Notes: generated by a model from the sequence alone, not told the origin. Shown: positions 1 through 9,609, counted from the stretch's first letter. The stretch: 64,000 bases of DNA from Candidatus Latescibacterota bacterium (GCA_965203355.1 OZ241889.1:3456001-3520000), one strand, 5' to 3'. Made by a program: numbers and translations.

Positions 1-897
1 CATCCGCCTGTTGATCTTCGCCGTCAGCGTAGCATTCTGAGGCCCAATTATGATCGTGCCGGCCTTATCTTTCGGATCGAGGGAGATCGTAGTCGTCCCG
101 TCGATATGCCGCTTCGGAACGGTCAACTTACTCAGCCCAATCGAGTAATCCACATCGCGCGTCAATGTACCGCCAGAAACAACCAAGAGAGTTCCAAGCT
201 CTTGGGTCGTCAACGCGCTGCCATCCAACATCCCCTTCACTTCAACCGAAGTCGCATCCGCCTGCTTGCTGAGCTTGGCCGGCTTGAAAGAAAGGTCAAT
301 CTCCGTGGGCACCTGATCGTCATCAATGATTTCAATATAGAAGACGCCAGTAGCAGTAACAGTACTACTCTCTCCCGCAGTATTTCCCTCAGTATAGCCC
401 GGGGTGGTTTGGCCTTTTAAGGCGATGTTTCCAGTAGAACCCCCTATATCAACAACGATGGGAATATTAGGCCGCATTTTAACCTTAGACGTATCGACCG
501 TACCCGTTATGGTCAGGGTATCAATATCCACTGAAGCGTCGCCCGAGCTAGCTCCGATCAGAGCATTGTTTGTCGGGGTTACGGTGATAGTCCCGGTCGC
601 CTTGCGCTCGCCCTTCTTAATCACCAAAGAGGGGAAGGAGATTGTGAATAAATTGTTGAGATAGCGGGACGTGACACCGACGAGACTCATCGGAAGATAA
701 AGATCGCCCTTCGCCTTCGCGTCAGCCGTTCGCAATTCGGCTGTTATCTCAATATCTTGCGCCCCTCCATCCTCGCGGACGGAACGCCGATCAACGGATA
801 TGTCGATATTCTCGGTCTGAGCCATAGCCTCGCCGGCCAACATCAAACTGGCAATCAGCAAACAAGGAAAGGTAAAAAGCCGCGTGTGCGTACTCAT
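1..897 (-). CDS. Secreted surface protein, Calx-beta/Ig-like repeats (N-terminal part; runs off window edge)
   Basis: Not in the ORF track because it is open to the edge. ATG at 897 preceded by AAGGAG. Translates MSTHTRLFTFPCLLIASLMLAGEAMAQ (signal peptide), then SVREDGGAQDIEITAEL...ATGTITVTPTNN, a Thr/Val/Ile-rich beta-sandwich pattern. Both ends checked are in the same open frame. Confidence 0.7.
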   Translation of the reverse strand, partial: MSTHTRLFTFPCLLIASLMLAGEAMAQTENIDISVDRRSVREDGGAQDIEITAELRTADAKAKGDLYLPMSLVGVTSRYLNNLFTISFPSLVIKKGERKATGTITVTPTNNALIGASSGDASVDIDTLTITGTVDTSKVKMRPNIPIVVDIGGSTGNIALKGQTTPGYTEGNTAGESSTVTATGVFYIEIIDDDQVPTEIDLSFKPAKLSKQADATSVEVKGMLDGSALTTQELGTLLVVSGGTLTRDVDYSIGLSKLTVPKRHIDGTTTISLDPKDKAGTIIIGPQNATLTAKINRRM

Positions 898-909
898 GAT
901 CTCACTCCT

Positions 910-1245
910 TTAGAAAAGGGAAACGGGATAGAAGAAAATGGACTTAGCATTGGTCGGTGGTCGGTGGTCAGTGGTCAGTGGCCAGTGGTCGGTGGGGCTT
1001 GCTGACGCGGCCGGGCAGAGCAAGGCCGCGTCTCGCTTCCGCAGGGGAGCGCGGAGAATGGGTTGGCGAATGAAGCTATGAAGCTCAATGCTCCAGAAAT
1101 CGGGGGGGGGGGGTAAATCATTGTTTTTTAACGACTTATGACGATTGAGACTCGGCGTTATTTCAAGCGTAGAATAAGACACCGCCATCGCATCGAGCAC
1201 CGCTCCCGGCGATGGCGTTCTTTGTGCTATTGACGCTGTGTCCAT
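910..1245 (-). CDS. Putative upstream ORF/leader peptide containing a C12 tract (Pro4)
   Basis: 111-aa ORF with AGGA close to the ATG. Its TAA overlaps the TAAAGGAG RBS of the downstream gene. No recognisable domain, so it may be non-coding leader. Confidence 0.3.
   Translation of the reverse strand: MDTASIAQRTPSPGAVLDAMAVSYSTLEITPSLNRHKSLKNNDLPPPPDFWSIELHSFIRQPILRAPLRKRDAALLCPAASASPTDHWPLTTDHRPPTNAKSIFFYPVSLF
951..995. repeat. Heptamer tandem repeat (TGGTCRG)x6
   Basis: tggtcgg tggtcgg tggtcag tggtcag tggccag tggtcgg tgg. Confidence 0.9.
1102..1113. repeat. G12 homopolymer (slippage-prone)
   Basis: 12 consecutive G. Confidence 0.95.
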
Positions 1246-1326
1246 GTCCTGCTAATCCGCCTAAGTGTGCCGTGCGGCGGGGGTTCTATACCCAAACGCA
1301 ACGCGCCGCTGTGAATTGCAACGCAT

Positions 1327-1356
1327 ATTTTATGAATTTTAGTAAAGGCTTGTCAA
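1327..1356 (-). promoter_or_regulatory. sigma70-type promoter TTGACA-N18-TAAAAT
   Basis: Minus strand ttgaca agcctttactaaaattca taaaat, pointing toward the uORF and surface-protein gene. Confidence 0.6.
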
Positions 1357-1534
1357 GTGTAGGTTTGGCGCGGCCCGTTTTCGGTCGGGCTTGGGTCTTC
1401 GGGGTTCAGGCCGAGCGGGGGCGACTCGTTCAACGGGAGTAAAGCTGCGTTGCAAATTCTTCGCAACAAAGCAATTCAGCGCTTGAGTTAGCGGCTTGAC
1501 GGACGCCTATGCACTAGGTTCTTTCGGCCAATTT

Positions 1535-3889
1535 TTAGTACGCCACGGCGATGGTGCGGAGCGCGGTGTCCTCGCCGGCGTCGGCCCCCAGATTGACGCG
1601 CAGGACGTACAGACCGGGGGCGGTGCTCGCTCCGTCGGCGGCGCGGCCATCCCAGGTGAAGAGGCGTTGCGAGCCTTCAGTGCCTGGCGTGAGAGCCGCT
1701 ATCTGGCGTCCGGCTAAGTCGAAAATTTCCACCTGTGGCTCGCTCCCTTCCACTTTGAAGGCGACGAATCGCACTTCGAGTTGGTCGTTGATGCCGTCGC
1801 CGTTGGGGGTTACGGTGGCCGAGGCCAGTTGCAGGTCGCTGATGAGTTGGCTGCGGCTGGTCAGTTCGGGCAGCATGACGACGTTGGAGCGGCGTTTGGC
1901 CGCCTCGACCGACTGCCACAGGCCCGGTGCGTTGCTCGATCCGAGGTCGAGGGCAAAGACGGTGGCGTTTTGCAGCAGGCGGGTCGTGAATCGCACTTGC
2001 AGCGAGTCGCCGGAAACCACCTGCGGCAACGCGATGAACAGCGAATCGGCTTGCATGTCCAAGGTGGCTGGAACGACCTGTTCTGCGCCGACCCGCACCG
2101 ATACGCTTTGGAGGTCAACCGGCTCGGGGACCGTAAAGCGCATCAGGTCGAAGCCGCTGTCGAGTTCGTCGGCCTCGGGCCAGAGGGTGTAGGTAAAGTG
2201 CGTGTCTTGGTTGGGGCTGGCCTCGCGAGGGACGACGCTGCCGCGTGCGCCTTGGACTAAGGCGTTTTCGTACTCGACGGAAACCGAACGGACGGTCGGG
2301 GCGACCGCGGGGTCGTCGGTGGCGAGGATCATCTCCAGCCACATGAAGCGGCGAGGGCTGGCCGATTTGAAGGACTCACCGGAAAACTGGTACACGTTGC
2401 TCCAAGCGTCCCAATCCTCGCCGACCACCAGCGTGGTGTCGATGGAACCGCGCAGTACTTTGGGCGAACTCTTCCATTTTTCTTCGGTGATTTCTTCGCC
2501 GAGCTTATTGTGGAACGCAAAGACCGACGACAGCCCGTTGCCCGAACGCGAGCGCAGTTGCATCCGGGTGCCCGGCGGCAGGTCGGCGTCCCAGTGGAGC
2601 GCCTTGATGACTTTGGGCCGCCCATCGCCAGCTTCCTCGCCGAGGTTGATAAAGGCCGACTGCAACTCGACTTGAGCCGGATAACCCGGAGAGAACAACT
2701 GCATTTCGCCCCACTTGACGATGCCCCACCCCCTACAAGTGACGCCGTGCCAGAACAGGTAGCGAGCCTTGCGCGGCGCGAACAGGTAGCGCATGTAAAG
2801 CAGGTTGTCGGCGTTGGGATCCAGATGCGTGAAGACCTGTTCGTAATCGACGTTTTCGGGCACTTCGACGAGGGGGGCGGTGCCCGTGGCCGGGGTGCCA
2901 TCGGAAAAGAGGAGGGTGTGCCCGGGCCCGGTGCCGGAGATGGTAAAGCCCAAGGTGCCTTCGTCGGGCTGCATGGAGTAGATGAACATTTCGTCGATAA
3001 AGAACGTCGCGCCTAAGTCGGCGCGGAACCACGTGCCGCCTTCGGTCCATTCCGCCAGCGTACCGCGACAGTCGGTGACGGTGTTGTTGGTATTGAGGTT
3101 GGCGTCGAAGAGGTTGAAGGTGGATCCAGTGCCATCGCCTTCGACGAAATTGCCGCGCTGGCTGGTGCCGATGGCGATGTTGTCGCCGATGCCGATGACC
3201 TCGATTTCGGCGATGGCGGCGTCGGCGTTTTGCTCTTCGGAAATGATTTGGATGTACTGGATTAGCTGATAGTGGTCGCGCTCGGCCGGCGTTACGTTCA
3301 AGTCCGGGTCGATCACGAGGGCGCTGTCGCGGCCGGCGTAGCGCAGCGGGATGACGATTTCGGATTCGGCGTTGGGGCGCGTGGTGCGGAAGGCTTGGCG
3401 ATAGAGAAAGAGGTCGTCCGTAGCCGAGATCCGTACGCCCGAAGTGGTAAAGACGCGGAATTGACGGAACGGGCGCGCGCCCGCTTGGTCCGGGAATTTC
3501 AGGCGAATCTCACGGGCCAGGGCGGCGCGGCCTAGGTCGATGGTGATAAACCAGTCCTCGCGGGCGTCGTCCGGGCTGGGTTGCCAATAGGTGGTTGGGT
3601 CGCCGTCGATGGCCAGCCGAGCGTCGGCCTCGTTAGAGCCGGCTTGCCAGACGCCGCCAGCGACCGCATCGCCGCGGGTGCGGGTCTCGTGGACGAAGCG
3701 GTGCGCGTCCGCGACGAGGTTGATGTCCTTGCGGAATTTGACGAGCGAAAGCTGTCCCTGCTCGCCGACTTGGATCAAGCCGAAGGGCTGTTGCCATTGG
3801 GTCCATTCCTCGGTGCTGTCGAAGGAGAGCATGTCGGCCGCGAGTGGGGCTGCTAACACGAGGCCGGCGATGATGGCGCGTCGCATCAA
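1535..3889 (-). CDS. Secreted protein with discoidin-like region and C-terminal FlgD-Ig/T9SS-like sorting domain
   Basis: Signal peptide; AIDGDPTTYW (F5/8-type C-like); C-terminus TPNGDGIND...IFDLAGR...WDGR...PGLY. Confidence 0.75.
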   Translation of the reverse strand: MMRRAIIAGLVLAAPLAADMLSFDSTEEWTQWQQPFGLIQVGEQGQLSLVKFRKDINLVADAHRFVHETRTRGDAVAGGVWQAGSNEADARLAIDGDPTTYWQPSPDDAREDWFITIDLGRAALAREIRLKFPDQAGARPFRQFRVFTTSGVRISATDDLFLYRQAFRTTRPNAESEIVIPLRYAGRDSALVIDPDLNVTPAERDHYQLIQYIQIISEEQNADAAIAEIEVIGIGDNIAIGTSQRGNFVEGDGTGSTFNLFDANLNTNNTVTDCRGTLAEWTEGGTWFRADLGATFFIDEMFIYSMQPDEGTLGFTISGTGPGHTLLFSDGTPATGTAPLVEVPENVDYEQVFTHLDPNADNLLYMRYLFAPRKARYLFWHGVTCRGWGIVKWGEMQLFSPGYPAQVELQSAFINLGEEAGDGRPKVIKALHWDADLPPGTRMQLRSRSGNGLSSVFAFHNKLGEEITEEKWKSSPKVLRGSIDTTLVVGEDWDAWSNVYQFSGESFKSASPRRFMWLEMILATDDPAVAPTVRSVSVEYENALVQGARGSVVPREASPNQDTHFTYTLWPEADELDSGFDLMRFTVPEPVDLQSVSVRVGAEQVVPATLDMQADSLFIALPQVVSGDSLQVRFTTRLLQNATVFALDLGSSNAPGLWQSVEAAKRRSNVVMLPELTSRSQLISDLQLASATVTPNGDGINDQLEVRFVAFKVEGSEPQVEIFDLAGRQIAALTPGTEGSQRLFTWDGRAADGASTAPGLYVLRVNLGADAGEDTALRTIAVAY

Positions 3890-3898
3890 AATCTCCTC

Positions 3899-5947
3899 TT
3901 AGTAAGCGATGCCCAAAGGGCGTAACTGAGGGGCGGCGGCAAATTCCGAGCGCAGGTTTAGGGCCGTCAGGTAGAGGCCGGGCGGTAGCCGCTGGCCTGT
4001 TTCGTCGCGACCATCCCAGCGCAGGCTCTGCGGCCCGGCGTTCTGCAAGCCAGCCTCGACGAGGGCCACGCGCCGCCCGTCGAGGCTATAGACCTCGAGG
4101 ACGACGGGCACGGGCTCGGGCAGGCGGAACAGCGAATAGGCCACGTGTAGCTGGTCGTTGATGCCGTCGCCATTTGGCGTGAAGACCGCAGCGGAAAAGG
4201 TCAGGTTCTGGATGAAGGCGGTTGGTTGCGCCGTGGTGCCGAGCACGCGCAGGCTGTTGGTCGAGAGGTCCGCGCCGACATCGGCGCCGACCACCGGCTG
4301 GGGCAGCACGTCGCGTTCGCTGTCTAGTACCTCGCTCTGAAAGGTGGTCGCGAATTCAAATATCTCGGTGCCAAAGACGATGCGGATGGGCGGATTGTTG
4401 GCGCGCGTGATGCGCTCGGGCAGGTGGATGAGCAGGCCCTCGGGCTCTTGGATGACCTCGGCCGGCGGCGTTTCCGTGCGGCCCTCGCCTAGTTGCAGGC
4501 TTTTGAGTTCTGTTTGGTGCCCGGTGCGAATGCGCAGCAGGTCGAAGCCGGGGGCATTGACGGCGGCAAAATCGGCTTGGAGGTCGCAGACGAAGGCGAT
4601 GGCTTGGCCCAAGGGGACTTGGGTGATCCCGCCGACGGGCTGGGGATCGTCCAGCGGGGCCACTTCGCCGCGCACGGAGGCCGCCAACAGCGGGGCGGTT
4701 TCGATCCACAGGGAGTCGAGGCGCGCGAAGTCGTCGAAGGAATCGCTCTCCAGGGTGACGCGGAACTGCAAGTAGGTGCCGTTGCGCAGGTTGATCGGCT
4801 GGCCCGATTCGACGAAAGGGGCAGACCAGAAGGTCCAGTTGTCGGCATCGTAGCCAATGGAAGCGCGTACGCCCGGCTTGGGCTGGCGCTCGGTCAGGTC
4901 GTCGGCCGCGGTGACGCGCACGAAGCGCGTACGCAGGGCGTTTTCGTAGTGGTCGCGCGATACGACTCGCTCCAGGCCGGTGTCCATGTATTCGTGATAG
5001 ACGGTCGGGTCGTCGTCCATCCCGGTGCGTACTTCGATCTTAACTTGCGCGGCTGCGTCGGGCGTTTCCACTGGAGTTCCATGGACCATGCGGAATTTCG
5101 TCGCCTGCCAGAACAGCCGCCCAAAATTCACGGGCGCGCCCAGGTCGGTTATTTTGGTTTTGTAGATGGCCTGTCGCGGCACCCCTCGAGCGAAGATCTG
5201 GAACTCGCTAATCGAGCCGATGAGGGCGATGGCGACGTTACCGCTTTTGGCTTGAGCGTCCTCGTCTAAGAGCGAAAGCGTCCGACGGTAGCGGAAGAAG
5301 CGCAGGTACTGGCGGGTGAAGTCAACGCGCACGTGGGGCTCGAAGTTGGATTTGGTGTTGGTGATGACGGTGGAGAGCGGGTTGACATTGCCTTCGAGCA
5401 CCGGGGCTTCGGGCGCGACCGAAGCGGTCACCTGAAAGGCGGGAACAAAGTCCGTTTCGAGGGGCGTGCCGTCGGAGCGAAAGCCCTCGCTGGGCGGAAT
5501 AAAACCAAAAGCCACCGCTGGCACCGACACGGCCAAATCCATGGTAAAGGTTTCCTTTTCGATGCGGTCGGCTTTGGGCGGGTTATAGGTTATAGGATCG
5601 CCATCGATGAGCCAGGAGCCGTTTTCCGAAGGGTCGGGTACGCCGTGGTTCCACTTCCACATCCGCGGCGTTTCGCCGTCGAGGTAGTCGAAGACGCGGT
5701 CGCTGGGGTCGCGCCAAAAGGCCCAGTTGTCGATGTGGGAAAGAACCGTTTCATCCAGCGTGAAGTACGTGGGCTGGATGGCACCGGGGGCGGTTGCGAA
5801 ATCCACGAAGAGGCGCGTGGTGTCGTTTTCACTCCAAGACAGGCCGTTGCCGCCTAGCTGCCAGTGGGCGATCTGGGCGGTGGTGCTTTGCGATGAGCTT
5901 AGAATGGACCAGGCCACGAGCCCGATGGCGATTGAGACGCGGCGCAT
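3899..5947 (-). CDS. Secreted FlgD-Ig domain protein (paralogue of 1535-3889)
   Basis: Signal peptide; FTPNGDGIND...VYSLDGR...WDGRDETG..LPPGLY; shared RTG/RSG...W..WS segment. Confidence 0.75.
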   Translation of the reverse strand: MRRVSIAIGLVAWSILSSSQSTTAQIAHWQLGGNGLSWSENDTTRLFVDFATAPGAIQPTYFTLDETVLSHIDNWAFWRDPSDRVFDYLDGETPRMWKWNHGVPDPSENGSWLIDGDPITYNPPKADRIEKETFTMDLAVSVPAVAFGFIPPSEGFRSDGTPLETDFVPAFQVTASVAPEAPVLEGNVNPLSTVITNTKSNFEPHVRVDFTRQYLRFFRYRRTLSLLDEDAQAKSGNVAIALIGSISEFQIFARGVPRQAIYKTKITDLGAPVNFGRLFWQATKFRMVHGTPVETPDAAAQVKIEVRTGMDDDPTVYHEYMDTGLERVVSRDHYENALRTRFVRVTAADDLTERQPKPGVRASIGYDADNWTFWSAPFVESGQPINLRNGTYLQFRVTLESDSFDDFARLDSLWIETAPLLAASVRGEVAPLDDPQPVGGITQVPLGQAIAFVCDLQADFAAVNAPGFDLLRIRTGHQTELKSLQLGEGRTETPPAEVIQEPEGLLIHLPERITRANNPPIRIVFGTEIFEFATTFQSEVLDSERDVLPQPVVGADVGADLSTNSLRVLGTTAQPTAFIQNLTFSAAVFTPNGDGINDQLHVAYSLFRLPEPVPVVLEVYSLDGRRVALVEAGLQNAGPQSLRWDGRDETGQRLPPGLYLTALNLRSEFAAAPQLRPLGIAY

Positions 5948-6016
5948 GAAGGCTCTCCTTTGCCGAGCGAAAGTTAGCGAAAGAAGCTAACAATATAATG
6001 ATAATGCGCGGAATAT

Positions 6017-6236
6017 CATACGCTACGGCGATGGTGCGGAGAGCGGTGTCGTCGTTTAGATCAATGCGACAGAGGTAGGGGCCGGGCGGCACGGGTCGTG
6101 CGTCCGTTTCAAGTGAAGATGTCGGTGGTCGAAGTCGCTAGTTCGGCGAGAGCGCAAATGCGCGGGGTGTGCGTTGCCCGACCTTGAAGGCGACGACGCG
6201 GATAAGCACTGCGTCGTTGATGCCGTTTGGCGATAA
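6017..6236 (-). pseudogene. Decayed remnant of an FlgD-Ig C-terminal domain
   Basis: Fragments SPNGINDAVLIRVVAFKV, IFT*NGR and PPGPYLCRIDLNDDTALRTIAVAY match the end of 1535-3889 (TPNGDGINDQLEVRFVAFKV, LFTWDGR, PGLYVLRVNL...DTALRTIAVAY), with stops and frameshifts. Confidence 0.75.
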
Positions 6237-6298
6237 GCGGGCCGATGCCCGTGCGCGAATCCCTTGGGAGATAGAAAAGCTAAATACGCAAAAGCGGC

Positions 6299-7519
6299 CT
6301 AAACCCCGAATGGCACCAGCCAATCCTCTTCAATCCCTAGGTCAAAGCCCGGTCCGCGCGGCGCGAATTCCAGATAGCTATCTTGGGGCACCAGTGCCCC
6401 GGGCTCGGCTACCTCGGCCAGCGGAATCCCCGGATCCGAGCCGATGTAGTATTCGCCCCAAGGCGTGTTAGGCATCGCCCAAGTCAAGTGCTGGCCATAG
6501 GGGTCTCGCCCCCCGCCGTGGAGGCAGACTTCGAGGCCAGCGGCCTCGGCGAGGTGGCAGATTTTGATACAGGCGGTCAGCCCGCCGACCCAGTGAATGT
6601 CGGGTTGTAGTACGTCGAGGGCGCGGTGCTCAATCATTTGCTGATAGGGGTAGTGGGTGTAGAAGTGTTCGCCGCTGGCCAGCGTTTGCCAAGGCAGGCA
6701 CTCTTTGAGTTTGATGTGACTTTTGACGTCTTCGGGGATCAGACATTCCTCCAGCCAGCGCAGCTTGTAGGGCCTGAGACGCTCGGCTAGGCGGACGCTG
6801 TATTCGACGTCAAAGGCCATGTAGCAGTCGAGCATCAGTTCGCAGTCGTCGCCGACTAGGGCGCGGACTTCGGCGATCCGCCGCTCGTTTTGGTCCAGGC
6901 CCCACAGGCCATCGGCCGGGCCGTATTGGCAGGGGAGTTTGAAGGCTCGGAAGCCCAGCTCGCGGTACCAATCGACGTCGTCGCCGGTGGCGTAGGTGAA
7001 GATGCGCTCGCGGGCCGGGCCGCCGATGAGCTGGTACACGGGTTTTTGTTGCAGCTTGCCAGCCAAATCCCACAGGGCCAGGTCCACGGCGCTGATGGCG
7101 ACGGTGGCCAGGCCGACGGTGCCGAAGGGTTTGGAGACGCGGAACATCAGGTCCCACAATTTGTCGATGGCTAGGCAGTCTTCGCCTATGAGGATGTGGG
7201 CGAAGGCGTCTTCGATTACAGCGGCAACAGGCCGACCCGCGCCCGTGCCCAAGCCCCAAGTGCCGTCCTCGGCTGTGACTTTGACTGCGAAGCCGGGCCA
7301 GTGCCGGGCGGCGTAGAGTTGACGCCGAGGCTTGAAGCGCGGAAAGCGCGACATCGGGTTGGCTACTTCGATTTCGGTGGGCCAAGCCTTGCGGCGCGGT
7401 TGGCTCTGCTGTGCGGGAGCGGTCGAGGCCGAGAGCGTCGAGCCTGCTTGGGCGCGGGTACGGGGCGAAGGGCTGTCCGGGCGTTGGATGCGGACTAGGT
7501 CGATGGATTTGATTTTCAT
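6299..7519 (-). CDS. L-rhamnonate dehydratase-like enolase-superfamily (mandelate racemase/MLE) enzyme
   Basis: VANPMSRFP N-terminal motif, AISAVDLALWDL, LMLDCYM, WLEE, SGEH, LQPDIHWVGG. Confidence 0.75.
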   Translation of the reverse strand: MKIKSIDLVRIQRPDSPSPRTRAQAGSTLSASTAPAQQSQPRRKAWPTEIEVANPMSRFPRFKPRRQLYAARHWPGFAVKVTAEDGTWGLGTGAGRPVAAVIEDAFAHILIGEDCLAIDKLWDLMFRVSKPFGTVGLATVAISAVDLALWDLAGKLQQKPVYQLIGGPARERIFTYATGDDVDWYRELGFRAFKLPCQYGPADGLWGLDQNERRIAEVRALVGDDCELMLDCYMAFDVEYSVRLAERLRPYKLRWLEECLIPEDVKSHIKLKECLPWQTLASGEHFYTHYPYQQMIEHRALDVLQPDIHWVGGLTACIKICHLAEAAGLEVCLHGGGRDPYGQHLTWAMPNTPWGEYYIGSDPGIPLAEVAEPGALVPQDSYLEFAPRGPGFDLGIEEDWLVPFGV

Positions 7520-7626
7520 TTTTTAGATGCCTCAGATCTGAGTTATTTGCTGCGGGCAATTAGGTACAGTCAACTTCGATTAGCAAGTGGCTGGGGTGCT
7601 TGGTCTCTTGTTGTTTGTATTCCTTG

Positions 7627-7701
7627 CAGTACGTGCCGGTGGCTGACAAACTTTACGATGATCATCTTGAAACCCTGCAAAAGGAAGGATTGATCCCATG
7701 A
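7627..7701 (+). pseudogene. C-terminal remnant of a RelE/ParE (gp49-like) toxin
   Basis: QYVPVADKLYDDHLETLQKEGLIP* resembles the gp49-type toxin C-terminus. Its stop overlaps the antitoxin ATG (ATGA). An in-frame TAG at 7561 leaves no room for the N-terminal part. Confidence 0.65.
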
Positions 7702-8033
7702 GCGGACCCCGTCCCTTTAGTGAGTTGACCAAAGATTTCACGCCGGAGCGCCAGCGGCGCATTGAGGCGAAAAAGGCTGAGTTGCGGGCTGCCATGCCGC
7801 TGCACGAGCTACGGCAGGCACAGGCTATGACCCAAAAGGCACTGGGCGAAACCTTGGCGGTGAACCAACCTGCCATCGCCAAGATGGAACGGCGGACGGA
7901 TATGTACGTCTCGACCCTGCGATCCTACATCGAAGCACTCGGCGGACGGCTGAAGATCGTCGCTGAGTTTCCGACCGGCGAAGTTGCAATAACTAACTTC
8001 TCGGACGCGGGCCGCGACGAAAGCGGCCGGTAG
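7698..8033 (+). CDS. XRE-family HTH antitoxin (HigA-like)
   Basis: LHELRQAQAMTQKALGETLAVNQPAIAKMERRTDMYVSTLRSYIEALGG.L.IVAEFP. Confidence 0.85.
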   Translation: MSGPRPFSELTKDFTPERQRRIEAKKAELRAAMPLHELRQAQAMTQKALGETLAVNQPAIAKMERRTDMYVSTLRSYIEALGGRLKIVAEFPTGEVAITNFSDAGRDESGR

Positions 8034-8035
8034 CT

Positions 8036-9460
8036 TTAGTCCTTGTCTTGTTTTTTTGCTTGTCTGATCATTTTCTGCAAGAATTTTACGGTATCATCAG
8101 TATGATCTAATTGTTTAATAGGAACAGTAAGAGTTTTTCCATCCACTTGAACGCTGATGTCGCTATGCGTCATCCGAAACCGCATCACCCTTCGCGTATC
8201 AACTCGAAACTTCCTAACGCCGTTGATGACTTCCTCTTCCTGAAAATTACAAAAAGAAGTTTCTCGGCAATCCTTTCTTATCCTACTAATACGGTGCTCC
8301 ATGAAATAGACCTGAACTAAGTTTTGAAAATCACGCACATCCGCTATAGTAGCTTGGGCTGCCTGATAAACAATGCCATGGGATGGCGGGACGAGAGAAC
8401 ACCAGCGAATAGACTCATCTGCGATGGTATTAATACGTTGAACTATTTGGGACGCTATCTCAAAATTCGCATCTTCCAGCTCACCGAACCAAGCAGCCAT
8501 GCGTTTCACTCCAATATGGTACTCCTGCGCTATTTGTAGTTCCATGATGTGCGCGACCGCATCGCCGGGAAAGTCCTCGACAAACTTGTTGTACTCGTGG
8601 ATAAGGGGCAAAATGCTGGGTTCAAAATCCTGAGACAATTCCAAGACGGCATTCGGAATCTCTTCCTTCTTTATCTTCTCTGCTTTCCCCGCTTGAAGGG
8701 CAGCCCCAACAAGGCTACCGACAGCAACCGCAGCCCCAGCAGCTTGGCCTGCCTTGTCGTTGCTGCCGATTGCGCCCGCCGCACCCGCCGCCGAAGCAAG
8801 CCCTAACCCTAAAGCTGCTGCGTTTGCTTCTGATGCAGCAATTGCTTTGCCCATTATGACATCAAATGAGCGTTGCTGCTGTTGCCAGTAAGACTCCATT
8901 CCGTCTTTATACAGCATGAATCGGTACGACATAGCCTTTTTAGCCGCATCTGTCCCCGGAAATTCCGTTGTGATCTTATCGTACCACTCGCGCGCCATAG
9001 CAAGCTGATTGATATGGGAAGTGTATATGCTCCACTGTTTCGGCGGGTCCCACCAAAACTGAGCGTTGAGAAGGTAGGATTGAGCCAGCGCATCGCTCGT
9101 CTCGTCCTCGGCGATCTCAAGGACCAAGGCATTAAAATCTTCCAAAAGGTATTTAACCCCCGCTGATACAGTCCGGCCTTTTTCTGTATTGGGAAACTCG
9201 TCAATAAGCAGATTCCACGTTTCAGTAGCTAGCCCTATGTCTTTATTGTTGAAAGCGATCAGCCCAAGCTGATACAAAGCGTCTGCCTTGTCCTCTTCGC
9301 GGGCCTCGTCGTTATATAGCACGTCGATAAAGGCTCGCTTTGCATCCACTTCAAGGCCGTGCATCTTGAGCATGAGGCCGCGACTAACCGATGGCTCAGC
9401 ATAACTAGGAATGGACCAAGCGATCATCAGCATGGCCACTGGGATAAAGAGGTGTTTCAC
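8036..9460 (-). CDS. Secreted TPR-like helical protein with glycine-zipper-like segment
   Basis: Start reassigned to GTG 9460 (GGAG RBS, signal peptide VKHLFIPVAMLMIAWSIPSYA); ALYQLGLIAF...LIDEFPNT TPR-like units; AT-richer than its flanks. Confidence 0.6.
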   Translation of the reverse strand: MKHLFIPVAMLMIAWSIPSYAEPSVSRGLMLKMHGLEVDAKRAFIDVLYNDEAREEDKADALYQLGLIAFNNKDIGLATETWNLLIDEFPNTEKGRTVSAGVKYLLEDFNALVLEIAEDETSDALAQSYLLNAQFWWDPPKQWSIYTSHINQLAMAREWYDKITTEFPGTDAAKKAMSYRFMLYKDGMESYWQQQQRSFDVIMGKAIAASEANAAALGLGLASAAGAAGAIGSNDKAGQAAGAAVAVGSLVGAALQAGKAEKIKKEEIPNAVLELSQDFEPSILPLIHEYNKFVEDFPGDAVAHIMELQIAQEYHIGVKRMAAWFGELEDANFEIASQIVQRINTIADESIRWCSLVPPSHGIVYQAAQATIADVRDFQNLVQVYFMEHRISRIRKDCRETSFCNFQEEEVINGVRKFRVDTRRVMRFRMTHSDISVQVDGKTLTVPIKQLDHTDDTVKFLQKMIRQAKKQDKD

Positions 9461-9609
9461 GGTATGTCTCCTTTGGGCTGCTGGTGGAATGCGGCTATAG
9501 GACCTGAACTGTCGCGGTGGAAGCAAATTGGTGCGGCCCTCAGAAGCGTTTTTCGCGGTCTCAGCGATGAGCATTGCCTTGCGGCGCGACATGCTTCTAA
9601 ACGCCAGCT

